This document shows, one piece after another, positions 55,592 to 63,629 of a stretch of 63,629 nt of DNA (its first letter is position 1; the number at the start of each line of letters is the position of its first letter). The DNA comes from a virus (lineage: Duplodnaviria > Caudoviricetes), in IMG/VR virus record IMGVR_UViG_3300019781_000017, positions 1 through 63,629 of that record. The stretch is one strand, 5' to 3'. The notes under the pieces are model-generated. The model was not told the DNA's origin and did not search any database. It saw nothing but the letters and a program-made list of their open reading frames with translations. Made by a program: the position numbers and the translations under genes.

Positions 55592-56529
55592 CACATATCC
55601 TCTGCGTTGCGGAACGACTGCCACGTCGGGAACCGGGGCTTGTCCTTAATCCCCTTGGGGAAGAACTTCGCCTTGTGGATCAGCGACTTGAATTCGTTCT
55701 GGTTGATGAAGTAGTGCCTTCTCTGGTCGTGCGTCAAACATCCCGCACCGACTCGGACTTCCTGTCCCTTGGAGAACAACAGCGTATCCCCATCAAAGAC
55801 GTCAGCCAGCACGTTGCCCAGCATAGCGCCAACCATGCCATTTGCAACCATATTCTCTTGATGCGACGATCTGAACGTATTGCCCAGCTCATTGATCTGT
55901 GCTTCGTTCTCGTTGCTCTCACCCTCCAGGATGGTATGCACGGTGAACTCGAAGTCCACGAAGCGCTTGATGCGCAGCAGGCCCCCTTGTGTCGGTGACG
56001 AGCGCCCTTGCTTGTGCAACCCTTTGGGGTCGCGGAAGCAAGTCCCTTCGAACCCATCCATAAGGTTCTGCATGTCGAATTCTTCCAGCTCGTCCATGGT
56101 GTGGACCAGCTTGCTCCGCATCATGCGCAGGTGCGGATAGAGCGTGGGCTGCTCGTTCATCAGCTCCTTGATGCGGTCCTCCAGTTGCAGCAGACGCCGC
56201 TCGTAGGGAACAGCCTTGTTGTCGACCGTCACATAATCGAACAGCCACCACAGGACATAGGGCTCACCCGCGATGGTTCCAGTTGCGCTGGATGTAAGCC
56301 TGCAGAGGTCGGGGTGCGTCTCACGCTCCGCAGCAAGCTCCCCGTCGAACCCGATCAGCGCGCTGTGGCTGAGCCGTGTGGTCAGGTAGCGGTTCTTGAA
56401 GGGCTTCAGCGAGCGACCTGTCAGCTTCCCTGTCATGTTGAGCGCGCGCACGCCGTCAACCTTGGGCTGCGCAATCACCGGGAACTTGACCTTGGCTGGT
56501 ATCCAGGTCTCAGCGAGCATGGGCTTCAT
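55591..56529 (-). CDS. ATP-dependent DNA ligase
   Basis: KPMLA, QPKVDGVR, FDGEL, GFEG, RIK, PRFP. Confidence 0.9.
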   Translation of the reverse strand: MKPMLAETWIPAKVKFPVIAQPKVDGVRALNMTGKLTGRSLKPFKNRYLTTRLSHSALIGFDGELAAERETHPDLCRLTSSATGTIAGEPYVLWWLFDYVTVDNKAVPYERRLLQLEDRIKELMNEQPTLYPHLRMMRSKLVHTMDELEEFDMQNLMDGFEGTCFRDPKGLHKQGRSSPTQGGLLRIKRFVDFEFTVHTILEGESNENEAQINELGNTFRSSHQENMVANGMVGAMLGNVLADVFDGDTLLFSKGQEVRVGAGCLTHDQRRHYFINQNEFKSLIHKAKFFPKGIKDKPRFPTWQSFRNAEDM

Positions 56530-56807
56530 TTGACGTTGTATCCTTCTGCTTCCAGCAGCTTAGCAAGGTCTGCCAAGCGAAGCAAGCCCCCGCGCGACAT
56601 CTTTGCCACCTTGTCATAGAGCAGGCTGAAGTCCTCGGACATCTTCTTGTCCACCTTCTCCTGCTCAACTTCGTGTGCCTCGAAAAGCGTGCCGTTGTTT
56701 ATCCCATCTTCAAACTCGCCCATCACCGTCGCAGGGACGTCAGTCGTCATGACCGCTACGCGATAGCCCATGAACCAGATTTCATCTGCGACGGTGTGGG
56801 TCGACAT
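56526..56807 (-). CDS. hypothetical protein
   Basis: coupled on both sides. Confidence 0.7.
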   Translation of the reverse strand: MSTHTVADEIWFMGYRVAVMTTDVPATVMGEFEDGINNGTLFEAHEVEQEKVDKKMSEDFSLLYDKVAKMSRGGLLRLADLAKLLEAEGYNVK

Positions 56808-57457
56808 TACTCTTCTCCGAAGAACGCTGCGGCGGTGTCAGGGAACTCACCCTCGAGCATCAGCTTGCAGCCCTGGGCGATAAAGCGGTGCTCCGCCTGC
56901 ACCCCTTCCATCGTGCGCTCCTTAATGTAGTGCAGCCACGTGCGGATGCTGAAGTGCAGATACATCACGGTCGGGACCAGCCCTTCCGGCAGGATGGTGC
57001 GAGCGACTTCCTTGGCGACCCCGCGCTGGAGCCACATCTTGTAATCCGCTTCATCGGACGCCGCCTTCAGCAGGATGTATTCATCCCAAGCGCGTGCAAT
57101 CGCGTGTTCCTCTTCCGTCTCCGGCAAGCGGGACAGCTGGCGGTTCGTCGGGTGCTGGAACCTGCATTCGCGGGTCGTCAGGAGCTCGCCATATTCGGCA
57201 TAGCGACCGCTGAATTCCTGGAAGCCGATTGCGGACAGGTGGCGCAGCACTTGCCGGCCGACGTCGCGGGTTGTGGTCACTTCGAGGCACATGCTTGCCA
57301 TCTGGAAAGGCGACCAGTGATTGTGATCGATAAGATAGCGGATCAGCCGGGTGGCTGACGCATCCCTATTGCCCGGGTTACTCACCCGGGCAATATCGGC
57401 GATCAACTTGTCTCCATTGGGCGTGCAATGGGTGAAGGCGACCGAATGGTTCTTCAT
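56807..57457 (-). CDS. thyX: flavin-dependent thymidylate synthase
   Basis: ARVS, HWSPF, RQVLRH...FQEFSGRY, KEVAR.ILP. Confidence 0.9.
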   Translation of the reverse strand: MKNHSVAFTHCTPNGDKLIADIARVSNPGNRDASATRLIRYLIDHNHWSPFQMASMCLEVTTTRDVGRQVLRHLSAIGFQEFSGRYAEYGELLTTRECRFQHPTNRQLSRLPETEEEHAIARAWDEYILLKAASDEADYKMWLQRGVAKEVARTILPEGLVPTVMYLHFSIRTWLHYIKERTMEGVQAEHRFIAQGCKLMLEGEFPDTAAAFFGEE

Positions 57458-58050
57458 GCGCCCTTCTCCGGAGCGGCCGGGGGTGCCTGGGGCGGCACGG
57501 GCGGAGCGAGCGACGCGGTCGTCTGCTCGAACAGCGTGCGCGCCGCACTGCCCTCGGGCAACGATGCGCGGAAGCTGTCCATCAGCGACTCGCGTTGCTT
57601 GACGCGTTCCACCTCCAGCATCTGGGCGCCGAACTGTTGCTCCTTGAGCGTCAGCTCCTGGAACTCAGTGAGGTCGACCTTCTGCACCGCCCAGCGGTAA
57701 TCGAAGTCCGCATCCACGTCGATGTCGGGCTTCTCGTCCACGCTGACCACATGCGCAAACTTGAGGCCGTTCTGCGGCGTCAGCACGATGACCGTCTGAC
57801 CTTCCTTCACGTCCCATGCGAGCGGAACCTTATAGGTGTATCCGCGCCCACGGTCGCCGCCCCACGGAGGGGTCCGACCCTTGGTCTTCACCTGGCCCAG
57901 ATTGACACGCTGGGGCGGTGCGCCCGAATCGTATTCGCCCAGGTCGGTGCCGTTGTCGTAGGTTCCCGCAGGCAAGACCTGATCCGTGAACGCCACCTTG
58001 ATGGTCGTATAGGTCTGGTCGAGCAGGGAAAACAAGTGCTTCTGTTTCAT
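57454..58050 (-). CDS. hypothetical phage protein
   Basis: YTYK...YRWAVQKVD; AAGGAG RBS. Confidence 0.75.
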   Translation of the reverse strand: MKQKHLFSLLDQTYTTIKVAFTDQVLPAGTYDNGTDLGEYDSGAPPQRVNLGQVKTKGRTPPWGGDRGRGYTYKVPLAWDVKEGQTVIVLTPQNGLKFAHVVSVDEKPDIDVDADFDYRWAVQKVDLTEFQELTLKEQQFGAQMLEVERVKQRESLMDSFRASLPEGSAARTLFEQTTASLAPPVPPQAPPAAPEKGA

Positions 58051-58514
58051 GTCGTGGACTCCTTAATCCGTTTGCGTGCCAACCTCATTCCTACCTTAGC
58101 ACGCTGGTCACAGAGGTTGTTCGTGACGTAACGTGCTTCTTCCCGTGTGGTGTGACCCTTAACGTGTCGGAAGGACACCGTCACACCGTGCTTCTCTTTA
58201 AGGGCGTAGAAGTGCTTTCGTGCGCCCCGTTCGTCCTTGGATAGTTCCTTCCGTTTACTTTCCAAAGCCAGTATAGCGCCAGTGCAGTCTGTTTGCAATA
58301 GCACATGGTCACCGGACTGTGCAATTCCAGACGCAAGGGCGAAGTAAAGCCCGTTCACAAGTGCTGCCATCTCAGCAGCGGTGGAGTTGTCGATAGGGTT
58401 CTGCATGGGCCCACCACCCCCTTGCCTGCCCCGCTCGCTGACGGCCCAATACCCGTATCCAGCAGCGCCAGACGTTGGGCAATGGGACGCGTCAGCTATC
58501 ACCGTGACGCGCAT
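58047..58514 (-). CDS. ribonuclease H
   Basis: ADAS, AAEMAA, QTDC, RHVKGH, NNLCD. Confidence 0.88.
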   Translation of the reverse strand: MRVTVIADASHCPTSGAAGYGYWAVSERGRQGGGGPMQNPIDNSTAAEMAALVNGLYFALASGIAQSGDHVLLQTDCTGAILALESKRKELSKDERGARKHFYALKEKHGVTVSFRHVKGHTTREEARYVTNNLCDQRAKVGMRLARKRIKESTT

Positions 58515-58972
58515 TAGCTCCCGCGCTTGGGAATGGTGATGTCGAGCTGGGCCATCCCGGGCTTCACGACCAGCACACGATCGAAGATGGCCTGATCCGC
58601 TTCGCTCAGCTTGCGGTATTCCGCAACCTTCAGCTCAGGCTTCCAGATGATCAGCTTGTCCCATTCGAAGTCCACACCCTTCAGGTTGGACGTGTCGTCG
58701 GCCTTCGCTGCCTCGATAGCTGCCTTGAGCGCTTCCAGCTCACCCTCATCGACCTTGCGGTCAATGGTGTGGATCATCTTCAGGTTGGCGCCGGTGCCAT
58801 CCTTCAGCGGAAGCGTGTTCGTGCCTTCATCCGGTGTCGGAAAGAAGAACTTGGCAATGCGCGAACGCATTAGCGACTCAGCAGTCTTGACTTCTGCGAG
58901 TTGCTTCTTGAGCAGATACCACTTGCTCAACTCCGCCGGGGTTACAGCGGTTTCTTCGGTAAGGTCTGCCAT
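58514..58972 (-). CDS. hypothetical phage protein
   Basis: AAAGGAG RBS; EGTN...WKPEL...YRKL...VKPG. Confidence 0.75.
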   Translation of the reverse strand: MADLTEETAVTPAELSKWYLLKKQLAEVKTAESLMRSRIAKFFFPTPDEGTNTLPLKDGTGANLKMIHTIDRKVDEGELEALKAAIEAAKADDTSNLKGVDFEWDKLIIWKPELKVAEYRKLSEADQAIFDRVLVVKPGMAQLDITIPKRGS

Positions 58973-58985
58973 TGCTTACTCCTTT

Positions 58986-59032
58986 GCTTGTTGACCGGAC
59001 CTATATGCAGCACAGGTCCGGTCAATGCAAGC
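58986..59032. promoter_or_regulatory. 12-bp perfect inverted repeat overlapping a - strand promoter
   Basis: ttgaccggacct-N11-aggtccggtcaa; CTTGCA...CATATA on the - strand. Confidence 0.55.
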
Positions 59033-59036
59033 GTTA

Positions 59037-59714
59037 TTATGCGTCCTTGCCCAGCATACCGCGCTTGAGGCTTTCGTCCTCCGTGGGCTCACCCTTGAAG
59101 GGCTTGCGGGCGGGAATGATGCCCTCGGGTGGCTGCACCTTGTCCGCGCGGTCCTGGGCCTGCTGGTCGCTGTAGCTGAGCGAAGCATAGCGCTTGGACA
59201 GCTTGATAATGTTGGCGGACAGGCACTCGCCCCGCGACAGGCCGAACATAAGCGCCAGCGTGAGCATGGACACCGCAAGCGCGCTGAGCTGGTTCGTCAG
59301 CAGCTCCACGTCGAGCGCTTTGTTGTAGAGCGCCGCCTTCTTGACCGTGTCGAGCACCTGCGACCCGTGGACCGCAATGCTGGCCGCGTGCTGGATTGCA
59401 GCGTCCGGGGAAATGATGTTGTTGCGCGACTGTTCGTGCAGTGCGTCCCAGTCCAGAACGATGCCGGTGCGCTGCACAATCTGTTCCATGTAGAAGAACA
59501 GGTCGCCCAGCTCTTCGCGCAGGTTGACAACGTCGATGCCTTCGTTGGGCGGGAACAGGATAGCTTCGAGCAGCTCACCCGCTTCGCCACTGACGCCGGT
59601 GGCGCCGTGCCACAGGTCGACCGTGTAAATGGACAGGGTGTCCAGGATGTCCTGGGGCTTCTTGACAAGCGCGGCGACAAGCTGCGGATGCGTGATCTGT
59701 AGTGTGGTCATCAT
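59037..59714 (-). CDS. MazG-like pyrophosphohydrolase with tandem degenerate second domain
   Basis: GEAGELLE...REELGDL; second repeat lacks the acidic ligands; NIIKLSKRY. Confidence 0.8.
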   Translation of the reverse strand: MMTTLQITHPQLVAALVKKPQDILDTLSIYTVDLWHGATGVSGEAGELLEAILFPPNEGIDVVNLREELGDLFFYMEQIVQRTGIVLDWDALHEQSRNNIISPDAAIQHAASIAVHGSQVLDTVKKAALYNKALDVELLTNQLSALAVSMLTLALMFGLSRGECLSANIIKLSKRYASLSYSDQQAQDRADKVQPPEGIIPARKPFKGEPTEDESLKRGMLGKDA

Positions 59715-59776
59715 ATTACTCCGTTGAACGAGGTGCTAAGCATAGCGCGCACCGTTGCACCATCACAACACATCAT

Positions 59777-62299
59777 TTAGGCATCGTCCCCTAGCGCTGC
59801 ATAATCGGGCAGCTTCAGGATGCGGTATGCCTTGCCGTGATGGGAATATGCCTCCACCAGCTTGTCACCCTTGACCTCCATAATGATGCCATTTGCAATC
59901 ATCTGGAACAGGGCCTCGTCCAACGCCTTGCTTGTGCCGAACTTGTGCTTGTAGAAGCTGGACACGCGGGACACGCGCATCTGCAGATAGTTGCGTGGAA
60001 CGATACCGTTCTCGCGCATTGCTTCCGGAATCTTGTAGGACGCTGGGACAGGCTTGCCAATGTATTGCTTCATGACATCCACCAGCTTGCGCTCACGTGA
60101 AGCATCATTAAGCCCAACGTCGCCACCCTCCAGGCGCTTGCGCATGATAGCAATGTCAGCTTCAATCAGGTTGATTGCCCATGTGGCGTGCCCGATGTCA
60201 ATGATAGGGTTGCTGAAGTTGTCCCCTACTGCCAGCAGTGCAGCGACTCGCAGCACCTTCAGCGTTGCACGGTTCCACATCTGACGCCGGGACTCGTCTG
60301 TTGTGCCCCTGATGTTTTTTGCCGCCATAAGGCTGAAGTCTTGCAGCTTGCGGGCAGCTTCCTCAGTCCTAAGGACAGGTTGTGTCTCCCCGCGTGCGTT
60401 AGCAGTGTCAGCAGCGTTTGCGATGCTGCACAGATACATCACTAGCGCATCGTCCGGGCGCTCAAGGATGTTAGCGTTCTCGTCTGGGCGGTCACCCTCG
60501 TATTGGATCACAAGGAAGCGTGACAGGAAACCATCCTCCATCATGGACTCGGTCAAGCTGTCAAAGAACGTCTGCGGCGTTGACTCGCCCACCATACTGT
60601 AGGCAACTGATGTCAGCGCTTCGATATTGTTGTCCGTGGAGCTGTATCCAATGCCACCAACGATTGCGCGGGGTGCGGACTTCTGGTAGAGGTTTGTCAT
60701 CTGCGTGCGCAGCGTTGTCATAGGGCCTTCCCTATCGTCCTCACCTGCGATGCGCTTCATGCGCCGTCCCCACTCACCGGACACATTGACGAACGAGTTG
60801 TTCCCCGCGCACGCTTTGATAAGTGCTGGTCCAGATGCAAACTCAGTGAAGTCCACGAAGTTCCCAAAGATGGGTGACTTCATAAGGCAAGCGCTGACCA
60901 CATTAGCGATCCCGCTGTGCAATGCTTCCTTGCCGATTGCGGAGCGCGCAACAAGAACGATATACAGGTTCAAACCCGAACCGGGGATGTGCCATGCCTT
61001 GCCACAGATACCAGCCATCAGCCCTAGCGCGGCAGTGATGGACACTTCCTTGATGGGCAGATAGCTACTGTTGAAGATGTATTGCGCAAGCGCGCCCACA
61101 AATCCCGGAGGCCATTGCAATCCGCTTTCAACCGCGTGGATAGCAGCGGGGGTGACGGGTGCAGCTTGCGCTAGCTGGGCCTCGGGTGGCGCTGGAGTTG
61201 CTGTAGGCTCGCCTGTGCCGGGCACCTGTAGCGGGCTCACCGTGCGGGGTGCAAAGCTACCAAACGGACCGTCAACCGCTGTAGCCGCTGGCACACCCCC
61301 TTGCATAGCCGCTATTTCTTCGCGTGCTAGCCGTGCCTGTTCCAGAAGCATATCCGCAGCCATTAGCAGGCCGTCCATCTCCACGCTACGCTCACGCTCC
61401 TGGCGGTCACGGATGGTCTTAAGCGTGAAGTTGATATACTTGTTGTCCTTGACCGCCTTCTCCCGCTTGCCCAATCCCGACTCGCGGAACATGCGCCTGC
61501 ACTGTTCGTTGCAGTCCGAGTAGAAGGTGAACATGGACATAAGCGCAAGGTCAGCTTCGGACTGGGATGGAAACGCGAATTCGTCCTCCCGCCACAGACC
61601 CTTGAACAGCTTGGTGAACTTGTCTCCATTGGCAGCACTGGTGGCCATGTGCAGCAGATACCAGTCATCGAACTGCTCGGGCAGTTCCTCCAGCTCCACA
61701 ACCTTCTGCATGGGGCGCATCCGCGTCACCATGTTGAGCAGCATGTGCTCACGGTTCTCAATCGTCTTGGACAATACGACGTCGCCCGTGGAGATAATGA
61801 ATCGCTCCTGCGAATACACCTCCACCCCGTCACGCCGGTAGCCCTTGCCAATCTTACCGCGGATCCATGTGTGGAACCCCTTGCCGGACTTGGACTTTTC
61901 CGTGTAGCTATCGAAGGACTTCATAATGTCCTGATAGAACTGAAATTGGTCTGGGCTGGTCCACTTGTCCGGTTCATCCGGGTGCGTGGCAGCGTCCTTA
62001 ACGTCCAAGTCAATGCAGCTGAACGGGTCCGCATCGTTGAGGATATAACCGATCGTGTAACCCGTCTGCGTGATAGTGACGCCTTGCGGGTTGACCCATG
62101 TGGTCACCGTATCACGGTTCTCCCATGCAAGCGTGGCGGCAGCCTCAAACGTCATCCATTCGGATGGTGCAGTGACACTAATGTTCCGCAGCTTGCCGTT
62201 GATAAGCGCCATCGGTGCTTTGCTTGCACCTGCCACCGCCCACTGTGGGCGTTCACGCAACGCTTCTGGAATGCGCGTCCAGTTATTGACGGGCCTCAC
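59777..62299 (-). CDS. primase-polymerase fused to helicase-like (DUF3987-type) domain
   Basis: IPEALRERPQW, CIDLD, YTEKSKSGKGFH, EVY...RF; SAIGKE, DGFLSRF; GTG start inferred. Confidence 0.82.
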   Translation of the reverse strand: MRPVNNWTRIPEALRERPQWAVAGASKAPMALINGKLRNISVTAPSEWMTFEAAATLAWENRDTVTTWVNPQGVTITQTGYTIGYILNDADPFSCIDLDVKDAATHPDEPDKWTSPDQFQFYQDIMKSFDSYTEKSKSGKGFHTWIRGKIGKGYRRDGVEVYSQERFIISTGDVVLSKTIENREHMLLNMVTRMRPMQKVVELEELPEQFDDWYLLHMATSAANGDKFTKLFKGLWREDEFAFPSQSEADLALMSMFTFYSDCNEQCRRMFRESGLGKREKAVKDNKYINFTLKTIRDRQERERSVEMDGLLMAADMLLEQARLAREEIAAMQGGVPAATAVDGPFGSFAPRTVSPLQVPGTGEPTATPAPPEAQLAQAAPVTPAAIHAVESGLQWPPGFVGALAQYIFNSSYLPIKEVSITAALGLMAGICGKAWHIPGSGLNLYIVLVARSAIGKEALHSGIANVVSACLMKSPIFGNFVDFTEFASGPALIKACAGNNSFVNVSGEWGRRMKRIAGEDDREGPMTTLRTQMTNLYQKSAPRAIVGGIGYSSTDNNIEALTSVAYSMVGESTPQTFFDSLTESMMEDGFLSRFLVIQYEGDRPDENANILERPDDALVMYLCSIANAADTANARGETQPVLRTEEAARKLQDFSLMAAKNIRGTTDESRRQMWNRATLKVLRVAALLAVGDNFSNPIIDIGHATWAINLIEADIAIMRKRLEGGDVGLNDASRERKLVDVMKQYIGKPVPASYKIPEAMRENGIVPRNYLQMRVSRVSSFYKHKFGTSKALDEALFQMIANGIIMEVKGDKLVEAYSHHGKAYRILKLPDYAALGDDA

Positions 62300-62529
62300 G
62301 CTGTTGCACGCTGCGCACGGTTGGCGGCCCAATCAGCTAGGTAGGGCTGAAGCGGCGCTCGCTCCCACAGCAGGATCTGCGGTTGCCCATTCGGGCGGCG
62401 GAGCACAATGGCATCGGGCAAGCGCCCAGTCTTAAGCGCCAGCAGAACAGTTGTTCTGTGGATGCCCAGTTGCTGACAGACTTCCGTGCTGCTGATGTAT
62501 TTATTGTCAAACTCAAGCTGTGCAGACAC
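62296..62529 (-). CDS. AlpA/excisionase-like HTH DNA-binding protein
   Basis: ISSTEVCQQLGIHRTTV...GRLP. Confidence 0.7.
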   Translation of the reverse strand: MSAQLEFDNKYISSTEVCQQLGIHRTTVLLALKTGRLPDAIVLRRPNGQPQILLWERAPLQPYLADWAANRAQRATA

Positions 62530-62599
62530 AGACAACCCCCAGGCGTGATATTGCAACCGTTAAGCGACCCTAACGCAGCATGTGCTTAGTCGCAAGCGG

Positions 62600-63298
62600 C
62601 TACTTGTTGATGCGGTAATTATCCACTGCATCCCTAGCGGATCGGGCCTGGAGCTCAGCTTGAGCCACAGCTTCCTCCGCGCGCTGCACACGCTCAGCAC
62701 GGTCCAGCTTGGCCTGGGCAATAGCAGCGTCCATGTCGGATTTGGCGCGCTGGATCTCGCCCTTGAGCCACTTGCGTCCCTCGACTGCATTGTGGTCAGC
62801 AGCTTTAGCAGCCTTGAGCAGCGCGTCCAGGTCAGGGTCATCGGATCCAGGGCTGTTGCGCAAGCGGTGCCTCGCGACACGCTCACGATTGAGCCTAGCC
62901 TCACGCTCTTCCCTTGTCTCGTTAGGATTGTCCGGGTTCCGCTTGTTGGCTAGCATCCACTCCTTAGCGCGGTGGACATAGCGGTCCAGCTCATGCCCAA
63001 AGGAACGCGGATGTGAACCCTCCAGCGTGCGCAGGGCGTGGAGCATGTCATACAGGGTTGGGCAGCGGTGCGACGCTGGGGCATCCTTCGGCCACCAGCT
63101 AACCACATTAGAGAACGCCTGAAGGTCACCGGGTTCAACCCATGTGGACGGGTTAGCGATTTGTTCAGCAGGCACACCGCTGGCAAGCAGATAGTCACGC
63201 TGGTCCTGAACGCACTGGATAAAGTGGACCCATTGCACGGTCTCACTATCCGCTGTCCGCAGCCAAGCAATGGATGGAGGGATAGCAAGGAATGACAT
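62600..63298 (-). CDS. hypothetical protein with C-terminal coiled coil
   Basis: own promoter upstream; TAAGGT RBS. Confidence 0.7.
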   Translation of the reverse strand: MSFLAIPPSIAWLRTADSETVQWVHFIQCVQDQRDYLLASGVPAEQIANPSTWVEPGDLQAFSNVVSWWPKDAPASHRCPTLYDMLHALRTLEGSHPRSFGHELDRYVHRAKEWMLANKRNPDNPNETREEREARLNRERVARHRLRNSPGSDDPDLDALLKAAKAADHNAVEGRKWLKGEIQRAKSDMDAAIAQAKLDRAERVQRAEEAVAQAELQARSARDAVDNYRINK

Positions 63299-63344
63299 TG
63301 TGCTGCACCTTAGATAAGGATGAGTGGATATATGCGGATGCTGC

Positions 63345-63373
63345 ATTATAGCGCGTGGGCGTGCGTATGCAAG
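63345..63373 (-). promoter_or_regulatory. sigma70-type promoter
   Basis: CTTGCA...GCTATAAT on the - strand. Confidence 0.65.
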
Positions 63374-63502
63374 GGCTATGTAATGGGGAAGGTTGGATAA
63401 GAGCGTGCGCTGTAATGTAATGCAGAACAGAAGACGTAGAAGAGCATTAAATTAACAGGAAACGCAGAAACCCCTAATACCCTAAGTCCATTACAATGCG
63501 CT

Positions 63503-63629
63503 GCCACTTTTTATGCAAAATGCATGTAATGCTAATGGTGCTATACTCTGAAATAATATGTTAATGTGTTAATATCCCCTATAGGGTTTAGGGTTTGCTT
63601 TCTGTCTGTTGTTGTGTGTTATGCAGAAC
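63503..63629. repeat. 127-bp terminal direct repeat, right copy
   Basis: identical to 9-135. Confidence 0.95.

Noticed and set aside
34080-61330. Strict ~6.5-kb periodicity of the GA/TC-poor islands
   Set aside because: Spacing fits 34.1, 40.7 and 47.2 kb but not the others, and several patches coincide with Ala/Pro-rich coding; not supportable without computation.
62296-62529. Lysogeny module implied by an excisionase-like HTH
   Set aside because: No integrase, CI-like repressor or partition genes recognised anywhere in the window.

Overview
Apparently complete ~63.5-kb genome of a tailed dsDNA phage (siphovirus-type). A 127-bp repeat joins the two ends. No integrase or tRNA is recognisable, so the phage is probably virulent. 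The host is inferred to be an alphaproteobacterium (possibly Sphingomonadales) from CtrA-like boxes, promoter style and the lysis proteins. + strand: a non-coding left end (1-1390), many small early genes (1.4-13.3 kb), a UvrD-like helicase, a lysis cassette, and packaging, head and tail genes (17.3-40.7 kb). - strand: family B DNA polymerase, sliding-clamp-like protein, a 7-deazaguanine DNA modification cluster (dpdA, PRTase-folE fusion, queD, QueF-like, YdjM-like hydrolase, queC, queE), SF2 helicase, Cas4-like nuclease, SSB-like protein, Sak4-like ATPase, ligase, ThyX, RNase H, MazG-like protein and primase-helicase. This content resembles Queuovirinae-like phages. Two regions stand out. First, the left end has a promoter-driven, ~500-nt, hairpin-dense candidate non-coding RNA followed directly by a dense array of CtrA-like TTAACCAT / TTAA-N7-TTAA sites. 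Second, the deazaguanine cluster carries extra enzymes (a Gpt-like PRTase fused to FolE and a membrane metallohydrolase). All calls come from reading motifs by eye; no database search or folding program was run.
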